From: Phoronis australis
Lineage: Eukaryota > Animalia > Phoronida
Assembly (NCBI GenBank): GCA_002633005.1
Contig: NMRA01000030.1
Location: 1,337,801 to 1,401,800 of the forward strand
Length of the DNA: 64,000 bases
Direction: 5' to 3'
Shown here: positions 24,951 through 36,400 of the stretch, in pieces
Numbering within the stretch: the first letter of the stretch is position 1
Layout of the letters: every line of letters begins with the position of its first letter
The notes under the pieces: generated by a model
Databases searched by the model: none
Seen by the model: only the letters and a program-made list of their open reading frames with translations
What the model was told of the DNA's origin: nothing
Translations under genes and position numbers: made by a program

Positions 24951-27196
24951 AATTCAGCGTATGCAATGGCTCTGAACATACCCAGTGAATCTTATAGTAA
25001 ATGATAGACATTCTCTTAGGCTTGGTGCGCTCATAAAAAGTCTGGGCAAATCTCTATTGGAAGAGAAAACGTTTTTGGCCATGTTTCAGGGTGCGCATGC
25101 GCCACTTCCAATGTTTCCGCCATCTTTAACCGGAAGTCATCGATTTTCTGCAGACTTGTAGCACATGCGTTCTAGTATAATCGTACCGAATTTCAACCAT
25201 GTACGTCGAAAAATGCGGCCTCTACGAGCATTTGACTGTGAAATCGGATACAAAATGGCCGCCACGTCTGCCATTTTGTATCCGATCATGACCAAAAACA
25301 ATAGACTTCCAGTACTTTCTGATCTACACGTCGTGTGCAAATTTCATGAAAATCGGACGAAAATTGCGACATGTAGAGTGCGAACAAAAAAAACTTGACG
25401 ACAGAGCAACATACTTGTCGGAATTCGAAGAAAACCTCGTTTGAGCGAGCGCTGTGGCCAGCGACCAGTTAGTCCTGAGGGTAGTCTTGGCGCAAAGCTG
25501 TATAGGCCTACATGTACTAACAAGCTGTATTTTGACGATAGTCTATACTGGTAGCTGGCAGTGAGGCTAGCTAAGGCCGTCTGCCGTGATAGTGTGACAC
25601 CAGACTAACCAGCCCGTAATTTCATGCAAGTGTCTGAAACTATCTTTGAATATATGCGGCATTTATGATTTGAGCATTTTACTTCGACAAAACAGCTCGC
25701 AACCGCATGCATTTGTCGTTCTCCAGTGTCTCGATCGGCACCGGGTCTCGATACGCTACGGTCCCCAGTCTAGCAAAATAATTTGTGTCAAAATTTATTC
25801 GCCACATTTCTTCAGCAAAATCGATAAAGTTGTCCGTATTTTGATTTTATTAAAATTAAGGCATGCTGTCGATTATTTTATCTCCGTTTGCAAGCTGGTA
25901 ACAGGCACTCGTTCATCCACACTGACGGCGTTTTCTTAGCCTGGGTTCCTGAATGAATTGTACTTCCGGGTTCGCGGCAAGTTCAAAATGGCGGTGTTTC
26001 TTCGGGTGCGAATCGTGAGTGGCGCGTTCATTTAAACTTGTTTCGAGTACGAAATGTGCATTAGTTATGGGGTAAGTACTTCTTGGATCCTTATAACATC
26101 CTCTAATCATGTAATAAGGGTTAACAACGCGTGCGACCAGGTCTTTAAGAAGTCTAAATGGGACTCGTGAGGACTAGCAAGGACAGGGTGGTCTAGTAAT
26201 TTAGTTTCGACCCGGCCGTGTGCGTCGCGCTGCGATTCGATCTTGATATGGATTTGATGAAATGTGTTATGGTTCATAATTCATCAGTTTTCCTACTTCA
26301 TATCATTTTAAAATGCAAGTGCCTACTCATATTAAGACATGCGGGCATGCACATGACATCTGACTGCTGTTTCTAGTTGTGCTGGCGAGCTAGAGACGGT
26401 GGTCACTGTCTACATAAAATCCAAACAAAGTGTTTTAGTGCCTGGGCGTTGTTTTCGGTATAGGTGCATCTAATAACCGAAATATCTTTTTCTAGCATGA
26501 AAAAGTTTAAAAGTCACATGTGAGTTTGAAAGTTTGAATATTCTTGGATTGGTGAATCTCTGGAGTGGTAAATCATCGAAGTAGTGAACCTTCGGAACAG
26601 TGAACCTTCCGAGTAGTAAACTAGTGGGATGTTCTCATTTCCAGCGACGTAAGCATCTTAACACGCTCAAATACAACCAGATAAACAAATTTGTTAAGTC
26701 ATTCGCCGACTAAACTTCATAATTATTTCCGTCTGAGTATGCCATGAAGTGTAATCATTCATTTAAGCATGGCTCATTTGTAACTTTGGCAGGAAATAAT
26801 GCGAGAATTTTCTCCTTTTGGACCACACTACATTCTAATTTGTGTCCCGGTTTTTGCGAGCAACTGTCACAGCATCCTCATTTCTGGTATTACAAATTCC
26901 GTCTCATCTCATGAACATGGGTCATCGTTGTGTATACAGATTTCCCCTCCCCCTAATTAAGCTGCGTCAAAGGTCTTTCCGAAAACTCTACAATGTCGAC
27001 GTTAACAATATACCAAGATCCACAGACCGTTCTTGAAAATCGAACCACCCCCGCTCAATACTGGCTCCGGGCAGTGAATAGGACATATGCATTTGAGTAG
27101 CATAATAAAAAGTCGCCCCAGCGTCGACCAAATCTCTGCATGCTACTGCCCCACCGCTAAAAATGCCTGTAAAGTGCCTTTTGTTGCATGCAGAAT

Positions 27197-28243
27197 AATA
27201 ATACCTGTAATACCTGTCACAGACAGGATCATTGGGGATATGCTGGTGCATTAATCCCCTCCCCAGACCATCCCCGTGACAGCAGAAGGCCCAGAACTCC
27301 AGGGCTGACGTTGCCTGTAAGCATTTGATTAGACAGCACTCGGGCACGGCTCTTCTTGTGACTCTTCGCAGCATGGCCATAAATAATACCGGCTTCGAGC
27401 AGGCGGCTGCCATCATTGAACTCAGCCAGTTGGGATGCAGTCTGATCGAGGTTGCGTTTGCGAGCCAGCAGCTTAACGTCAGCCGAATATAAGTAGAGGG
27501 GTTGGTTGGTGGTGCATGAGCCAGCGAGGTAATCTGCACGCTCATTAATCAAGACACCGGCGTGGCCAGGTACGAAAGACCAGATCACCACATGATGAGG
27601 GTGGCGTGATCGGAAGACACCCCAGTTGGCTGGGAGGTTTCCAGATTGAACTTTCATCAACACAGCCATGGAATCGGTGGCAAAGATAATGGTGTGATTC
27701 TCCAGGTCTAGGAGTGACAGCTTGGTTAGGGCACGTTGTATAGCCTCAAACTCCATCCGCGTACTGCTTGTGTATACATGGTGGCAGCCACTACCTTCCG
27801 CAATGACGTTGTTAGCACAGCGTATTTGATAACCCCATCCCGCACGATTAGTTTCACCATCGAAGGATCCATCAGTTGCTACAATGATGGCATTAATACC
27901 GCCAAGATCACGCCATTGCTGACGGCACAATGCTTGGGCTACTCCAGGAGGCCATTCCCGAGCTTCCCTGTTGAAAGCAATGATGACATTCTGTTCCTCA
28001 CCAAGTTCTTGTACTGGCAGCCAAGCAACATCTTGCGCAATCATGTGTTCGCCGATGAGACCCACGGTTGCATTAACAGCAGCGACAGTCCACGAGCACC
28101 TGCTAAGTCTTTGGTGGGAGGCATTGCGAAAAGGTCTAGGACGAAGTCCATAAGTTTCTGTTGCAGGGACGGGGTTCAAGCACCTGTCAAGTGCAGTCTT
28201 CACTTGACTGTGTAATGGATGCAGCCGGACAGAACATCCGCCG
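27197..28243 (-). mobile_element. Young 5'-truncated non-LTR retrotransposon with intact C-terminal RNase H (I/Ingi-group-like)
   Basis: Open frame 27229-28248 with RNase HI motifs ATDGS, STRMEFEAI, ATDSMAVL and FVPGHAGVLINERADYLA. Very short 3' UTR with hairpin cctgtc-tgt-gacagg and a (TAT)n tail. 12-bp TSD TGCATGCAGAAT at 27185-27196 and 28244-28255. Confidence 0.9.
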
Positions 28244-28269
28244 TGCATGCAGAATGTTGCTCGACATTA

Positions 28270-29010
28270 TGCAAAATGTTTCAAACGGTTACATGATGGG
28301 TTGATCTAGCTCAACTCGGGTACTTGAGCGTGTCTGGCGGGGATAACCCACCGCTAGATATGTCTGGCAGTATTTATTCTTGATAACTGGGGTCAAGGCG
28401 AATATTTTTCAACTGGTTTCATACGGTTACCTTTTCGGTTACCTCAGGTATTTGGGCGTGTCTGGCGGGGCTAACCCATCACTAGATTTGTCTTGCAGTG
28501 TTTATTCGTGATACCTGGGCTTACGGTGAATATTTTGGAACTGTTTTTTTAAAAGCAGTTACCTCTTGGGTTGATCTAGCTCAGTTTTGAACCCTTTTTG
28601 ATAATCGTCTGGCAGGTGCACCCCACCACTGAAACTGTCTGGCATCTAACTGTTGTGCCATGTTCAGTGATACTGAACATCGTGCAATTGGTTTCAAACG
28701 GTTACCTGGTGGGTTGATCTAGCTCAACTCCGGTATTTGGGCGTGTCTGGCGGGGATAACCCACCACTATATTTGTCTGGCAGTGTTCATTCGTAATACC
28801 GGGGCTAACGGTGAATATTTTGCTACTAGTTTCATGCAGTTACCTCTTGGATTAGTCTAGCTTAATTTTTACCTTGTTTATAACCGTCTGGTTGATACTC
28901 CCCACCACTGAAATTGTCTGGCAGTGATCAATTTTGATATAAAGTCGATTACATAGTAGGTATCCAGGCAGTTTGAAGTGGTTACCAGAAATGTTGATCT
29001 AGCTCAATTT
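28270..29010. repeat. Degenerate ~140-bp tandem repeat (about 5 units, ~413-bp higher order)
   Basis: ggttacc..gggttgatctagctcaa..gtctggcggggataacccacc..tgtctggcagt recurs at ~28285, 28425, 28557, 28699, 28838 and 28980. Confidence 0.75.
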
Positions 29011-29207
29011 TTGTGTGTCATTCTCTTGGCTCCTCTGACCACACCCACCACAGCTAACCTGCCAGACGGCCATTTTGAAGCATCGGGATACCCATAGAGC
29101 ACTGTGGCACCAAGAAAATTGGTTACCTTTCCATGCCCAAAAAAGCTCTGGGGGAGCCATCTCGTGGAAGATTTTAGAGAGGATCTTGGCAAGGGCAAGG
29201 GTTAGGT

Positions 29208-29797
29208 CTCGCTGGTTCCCCACTCTGTGCCTAACTAGCACGAAGGTATCACGCAGTGGCACGTGCTGTTTAGCATCGGTTGACGTAACCGCAGCAGTCA
29301 TTGGTTAGCTTTACAACACCGTGAAAAAATGGCTGACTCTGAACGATTTTTAGCCTTATCATGCAAGTGGCGTCGTAGCAACTATTTCGTTTCTGCAGTG
29401 ATGTTCAATAGCCACGTGCTTGAAGCACATACATGTACAATAAACACATATCTGGCCGATTTAACCAGTGTGTTATTCATACTGTATGAATACAGGACAG
29501 TATCGTAAACAGAAGTCATCGACAGTAGGAAGATGCACTCCGAAAAGGTGCAACCACAATTTCTATGTTTCACATTTCCTGAACATAAATTTTAAGCAAC
29601 GATTTGTCCGTACAACAGACCACATTTACACTTCAGCCCATCAGTAATGCCAGTTTGTTTGCGTAAAGCGGTGCCTGTTGAGAATTCGACTAGCCAATCA
29701 GAAACGCCGGGGTAAAAAATATCCCGAGGAAAATAAAGTGATAACTGCGTGCTGGCTACTGACCACCTAGCGGCACGCAGGGCAGGGAACCAGCGAG
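29208..29797 (-). mobile_element. ~590-bp MITE with 9-bp TSD, copy 2 (opposite orientation)
   Basis: TIR ctcgctggttccc / gggaaccagcgag; TSD GGGTTAGGT at 29199-29207 and 29798-29806. The interior is the reverse complement of 2533-3125. Confidence 0.85.
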
Positions 29798-30924
29798 GGG
29801 TTAGGTGGCACTGAACAGTTAGACTGCGGCCGCGGCCAATTTGCGCTCCTAAAATATTAAAATCTAGGGTTAGGCCAGGCATTTGTTTTATGTAGGCCAA
29901 GTGAATGCTGTTTGTTTCTATTTGCGAACATGCTGAGAATAAAAAATGGCCACTTTCTCGGAAGGAGTTGCACTTTTCTTCAAGATAGAGGCCCCTTGTT
30001 GCAATTGTGCGTTGCTGTGTAGCAAATTAGAAATTGGCCGCGGTTTCAGTTAGCTCTCAAACAAGCCAGATTTGCAAAAAAACTGGTTGGTTGACAGTGC
30101 TTTTGGTAAAACATATTTGGAATCGGTAGGAAATTTGCTTCGGAATCTTATGTTGGCTTTAGTCGAGCATCGGCAGGGAAGTGGTGGTTTTGGGGTGAAA
30201 AGTGCCGATTTTGCATTTTTTTGCCCTTATTGTTCTTAGTCTAGCTCATCTGTAGGGCTTGTGATGTGAAATGGCTAAAAACTTCTTTATTTGCATGCAG
30301 TTTTTGACAGAGTGAAGAAAGGGTGAAGAGTCCATTGACGTGTGTTCTGATAGGCAAACCACTGTGAGAACTGTTCTGTGCCTCCTTAACAAACAGGAAG
30401 TTAACTAAGAGCTTGTCAATTGCATCGTGGGTAGTAAGATACTGCCTGTGGCGTCACCAGAGACTATGACCAGCAAATGCACTGTCGCAATACAGTGTGT
30501 GTAGTTCGAAGATTCACCAACAGCACAGTCGTCCAACACGTGGAGAGTCCTAGCTTGGATCGCAGATAACATATCTGATTATTTTGATTGATTGATTAAG
30601 GTAATCTTTAGAGGGCGCTATCGTACTTACTCTTCTTTGTAGCTGATTACATAATTAACAACGGGTTTCACTAGTTTAGTTAGTGTGATCATGTAAAAAT
30701 TTAATTACTGGATTTAATAGTTCTCTCTCCATCTACGCACAATCTCAAAGCATGCCTACCTTTTAAACAAACCGTCCACATTTAATCTCTGACAGAAAAA
30801 TGTACCTTTAGTAGGCAAGCCGTTCATAAAACGTACTCTCCATAAAGAAGCCATTCACAAATTTGAAAGAAATGTGCAGTTTTGAGAACAGACTGAGTGG
30901 AAATAAAAGTTTCCGCCAAAATAA

Positions 30925-31075
30925 CTCTCGAGTCTTTCAACTTCAGACCCTGCCGAGTATTGGCTTGTAGTCAGTTCTTGTTGAGTATTGACTTGTAAAG
31001 CCAGACCTATATTCGAGTATTAGCTTTCAAGGTCAGACCCTGTCGAGTATTGGCTTTGTAAGTCCAGTATGGGCT
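30925..31075. repeat. Short minisatellite (~33-bp unit, 4-5 copies)
   Basis: cagaccctg(c/t)cgagtattggctt units. Confidence 0.6.
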
Positions 31076-31951
31076 TTCTGGTTTGGTAGGGAGTAGAAAA
31101 ATCTCGCTTTTTGAGAATTTCCATCCATTATTTCACTTTTTATGACCCGTACCTCCATTTTGCAACAAAATTGGGCCGAAGTAGACATATTTGAATACAT
31201 TTTACCAGGCTAAGCATGTTTAGTAACCTGATAAGAAATGAGTGATGCGGTTTGAAAGGACTATGATTGAACAATTTAATGGCACAACTGTCGAAATTCA
31301 TTTACAAATTTTCATGCTTTGATTTTGTGTTGCAAAAACGTCTATTTTAAAGGTTTTCACTGAAGCAGTTTTCAGCCAAATTTGAATCTCTGTAGCAGCC
31401 ATATTGCACCTTTCCATATGCGGACCTTGTAATAAATTGCTTAGTCTTTCTTAACCTGTTCATAATCTGAAATAAAAAATCTTGCCTCTCCCGTAGTTTT
31501 TGCTTACGAAGCAGTACATGAATTGCACTTAGCCCTATTTGCCTGCTCTCCAATAGGGGGCTCTTGGAACATGTAATTAGCCAGCCTGGTCCCCAAGCTT
31601 CAGGATGGGGCTGTTTGGTTTAGCCTTTTGAGGCTAGGTTATGGAAAATGAAATGTGTCAGAATTTTGACATATGTTTACGGAAATCGCCGAATATCACG
31701 AGTGATATAAAGCTATATCAATTTTGAAATTTTCTGCAGTGTAATATAACAATGAAAACTAACGATATATTGGAGCGTAAGTTACTTATTTTCGTTGCTG
31801 AAAACATACAATTTCCGAGACGGCTAATGTGACCAATTGCGGTCTAGAGTGCACAAAATATGGCATTTAGATTTTTGTTACGATACCTTTCCATTTACAA
31901 AAAAATGAAGTTTAGAATTTTGACGCATGGATTGGTTTTTGAAAACCTACT

Positions 31952-33216
31952 TTTATTTATTATTATTTATTAATGTAATACTTACAATGAGGGTAGCTCC
32001 ATCAGTTCACACTGCTTTCCATGGGGCCCTCAGTAAAAAACTAACAGATAGTAAGACAAAAACAGAATTACAAAATGAAACTCAAATTTAAGTAATAAGC
32101 AAAGAATAAGAAATGAACACGGAAAGACTGATGAAGCAAAATAAAAAAATAAAATATGATTAATAGAAGATAAAGAAATGAAGACAAGATAATTAACTAA
32201 AATATAAATATAAAACATTAAAAACAGACAATAAGTAAGTGAGACATTATATAAATTACAAATGAATAAACATGCAATTCTTAGACACTACATGAAGTTG
32301 AATCAATTTCTTATAATTCTTTTAAAGGTTAGAAAGGATGATGTAGATTTGCCATCTGCAGAGAGAGAGTTCCATAAAAAGGACCCGCTGTAGGAATATG
32401 ATATTTTCCCAGTTTCGCTTCTGCATTTAGAAAGATTCAAATCAGATGATGAGGACCTAGTATTGTAGCGATTAGTAGTCGTTTTAAACTTAGCTCATAA
32501 GTAAGAAGGGACAAGACCTTTAAAACATTTGTACATACAACTAGCAGATAGGAATTGATGTCTGGTGTGAATTTTCATTATACCAGTCTCTTTATAAAGG
32601 TTTTCGATGTTAATATCTCTAACACCAGCTCCCAGAATAATCCGGGTAGCCCTATTTTGGATAGCCTGGATGGTTTTCATATCCTTGCCTGATGCAACAC
32701 CCCACACCGGGGGCAATAATCTAAGTGAGGTTGAATGATAACGTTAAAAAGGGTTTTCCGTGTTGCTCTGTTAACAAATTTACTGATGCGTTTCAATACC
32801 CCAATTTTCTTAGACACCTTTTTCGAGATGTAATCAACGTGGTGAGAGAATTTAAGGTTTTGATCATATATACATGTACATGTAAGTCCCAGATATTTAA
32901 AGAAATTAACGTTCTCAATTGGTCTTCCATCCATAGTTAATGGCAAGGTTTGGTTTCTAAGTCTTTGGGATGTGCCAAATAGAAGAGTTTTAGTTTTAGA
33001 AACATTTAAGGATAGTTTATTGGATACAAGCCAATCAGAAATGATTGCTAAATCTGAGTTGAAATTGGCCTGGATTTCAGATGAGGTTCTGCCTGCAGAC
33101 AGTATTGTTATGTCATCCGCATAGAAAACAATCTTAGAATCTTGAATTACTGAGGGGAGGTAATTGACAAAGATGCAAAATAGCAAGGGCCCCAGTATAG
33201 ACCCCTGGGGAACACT
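31952..33216 (-). mobile_element. 5'-truncated CR1-group LINE (L2/Crack-like) RT fragment with 3' UTR
   Basis: VPQGSILGPLLF..., YADD, KLSLNVSKTK, FKYLGL, PHLDYC; a frameshift into the ORF at 32495-32716; 3' end with gggccccatggaaagcag...ctaccctc and an (AAT)n tail. Confidence 0.9.
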
Positions 33217-33269
33217 TGGATTTTATATAGACTGCGTCTAAATTGTCAATGCTCATTTGAGATATTTAC

Positions 33270-33411
33270 GAGATCCAGATACTCTGGCGGCTACACTGCA
33301 TATGATGACATTTGAGGTAATGGAGATCCAGATTCTCTGGCGGCTACACTGCAGGTGATGACATTTGATGTGTTTGAGATGCACGTTATCTGGCGGTGAC
33401 GCTGTATATGA
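33270..33411 (+). promoter_or_regulatory. Direct repeats (~53-bp period, two full and one partial) at the SDR 5' end
   Basis: gagatccagat(a/t)ctctggcggctacactgca..tgatgacatttga at 33270 and 33323; a third degenerate copy runs into the ATG at 33408. Confidence 0.45.
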
Positions 33412-36400
33412 GCAAGATGCTCCTTCTCTACATAGGTGTGGCACTTGCGTCGCTTATCTTTTTATTCTGTGTTTTCGTTAATCTCTATGTTTGGTTTGTT
33501 CTAAACGGCGGGAAACAAGTGAAATACAAGAACGACCGACGGTTGGATGGTAAAACTGTACTGATAACAGGTCAGTGGTTCATTTTATCCGATATTTCTC
33601 GGCCTAAAGTAGCTGTTACCTGTCATGTTCTCGGATTACATTAAGTTATTTCGGTTTCCCATGAGGTTTAGTTTCTTACAGATCTTTTTTCACACTATGC
33701 ATCGCTTGCATATTTGCTGCGTTGAGAGAGCTCAGCTCGGCTCGGGGGTCGGTACTAGACCGAGCGGTCCCGCTTTTTCGAACCCGATAGGTATGCAGAT
33801 GATATTGTAAACTACTGCTAGAGTAAGCGAACACATCCAAAATTTCTTTTCCCGTTGAGCAAACGTGTTCAATTGGTTGCAGCGTATAATTTTACTTAGA
33901 AATTCTCCAGAAAGTAAACATTGTGACGCACATAAAATTAGCCTGTGTTACTCAAGCAAGCGACAGTATTCAAAAAAGAGACAGTCTTATTTCGAACAAC
34001 GGTGAGATAGTTGTCAACATTTGAAAAATAAAAAACTGCACAACTGACTTTAAAACCGGGATATCCGGATAAAAACCGGGGGATTAGGGTATATGGCAAA
34101 AGGCAAAGGTGAAAAGTTCGTCGCAATACACAAAAACCTCCCGGTAGCATTTTTGGCGAACGCGAGACGTAACACCCTCAAGAATCGTCGGTACTTTTAG
34201 TGTTTTAGTCAAATGGAAAATTGCGGGTGTCGCAAAAATCCCATGAAACATCCTGTTCTTATTTCTTTAAAGTCGAACTGGAAAAAATAAACATGTAGCT
34301 TGGGAAATCACGATAATATATGATATGTCAATTTCGCCGTGTGTCAAGAAACGAGACATTTTGATGGCAAAGACCTGGCACAAAAACAACCGGTTTGTCG
34401 TTTTCACAAGTTGCGTGAAATAAAGTGCCGTCATGTGATGCGCTCCACTTTCAGTCTTACGGAAGTAAGTTGTGCTATCAAATATGTTCAGACACCGACA
34501 CCGGCACTTGGGAGCATCCTCCGTCCCCCTAAAACATTTTTGGGACGAATTTAACAATTATATTCTGCATATTTTAGCCGTTTTTCCGTACTAGCCCGCA
34601 TTCGCGCATAACGTGAAGCAAAACACCCTTGATCAATTTATGGCAAATTATGGTTCTCCTACTCCATAAACTTTCCCAAATAAATGTGAGACCAGCATGA
34701 CGACCATCAGTCAAGAGTAACTAATACACGCACAGAAACAGTCAGAGAGACGTCAAGTGTCACGCGACGCTTAATTTGCACAGATTTCTGACTCCATGCA
34801 TTTGGCTTAGAATTTTCCATGTAAGCTTTTCGTCTAAAATTGTACCAGATGTCTTCAGGTGGTAATGCTGGTGTGGGGAAGGCAGTAGCAAGTGACTTAG
34901 CTGGCAGGGGAGCAAGAGTTCTTCTGGCCTGCAGAAACGAAGAACGGGCAAAGGAAACCATTCGGGAAGTAACTGGTTAGTAATTGATCGCATTATTTAA
35001 GGTAAATAAAAAGAGACTAGGCATCTAATCTTGTGTTCAAGTTTTTGTAATCATTACTTGCACTGTAATAATCACGTAGTCAGTTTGTCAGTTATCGACT
35101 ATATTTGAGGAGTGTTTTAGCTGGTGATATGAATCAAGGTAGAGTTCAGTAACACTAGGACCCCACTAAAGAGCAAAAATTCACGAGACTAAGTCACTTT
35201 GGCTAGATTTTAGCGGGGCCGTTACTGAACTCTACCCAGGCTTCTATAATGTTCAATTAGTTGTGAGCCACAATACATGTACGTATCCATGTAAGTACAT
35301 GTTTGACTAGACTAAGTGAATCTGGACTCATAAACGGTTGTACAATGATTAGCATTATACAGTACGTGTTGTTGACATTTAGGAGGGAACTTAAGCCGCT
35401 TAGAGTTCAAGATGCGTTTCTGAAAGAGCAGTGCACATAACTGTCACAATCCAAGATTAATATGAATTTTCTTTTAGAGAAAACCGGAAATGTTGACATT
35501 CATTTTGTGGCATGTGACCTTGGGGATTTAGAATCGGTGCGCCTCGCAGCTCAGATAATTTTGCAAACAGAGGACAGGCTCGATTTGCTAATTAATAATG
35601 CAGGTAAGTGACAAGCGGACACGAGAAAGAAATCAATTACCTATGAATATATTCACTGTCGGAGTTTTCTTTAACCAAATACGGTGTTGGTGTATGTGGT
35701 GGACACGATAGTAAGATGCACTTAACTATTTAGTAAAACAATGCAGTTGTCCCATAGGATCCTGAAAGAAAAGATTGGAAATAGGAGTAAGGAAAGGGTA
35801 TTAAAAATATAGAATTGTGATATCAAATAAAAACTGTTAACAACAAAGCTGGAATAACAAATTGGGGGACTGAACAATTAAACATTACACTGGTACATGG
35901 ATTTAATGATGCCTATATGGATTTACTGTGGCCTTCGTCTGAATCCAGATGTTTCCATATCGTGACGCTATAGTAAAAGACTAAATGTATGCCAAAATTA
36001 GCCCTGTTTTTATAGACTCAGACAGCGATTGCCATTGACACTGTACCTAGCATGTCTATTGTGAATCTGATTTCCTAATTGAATTCTGGCCGGCAAAAAG
36101 ATACTAAGGTGCCATGTCATGGAGATATCTGTATAGAGCAAAACACGTGTAGTGATCTTTAGGCAGACACAGCCCTGATTGGAGTGCACACAAACAATAC
36201 TAACCCTGTCGACGAATGGTCACGTGGGATAAACAGTGCTCTGTCATTACTGGTGGTTTATGTTGACGACGGCAATAGTAATGACAATGTGCTCTATTGT
36301 GAAATCTTCGGCTGTGTGGAATATACTGTACAGTGCCAAGCCACAACTGATGATTAACGATGACAATGTCCCCGATTGGGAAGTTTGCAGCTGAGGGATA

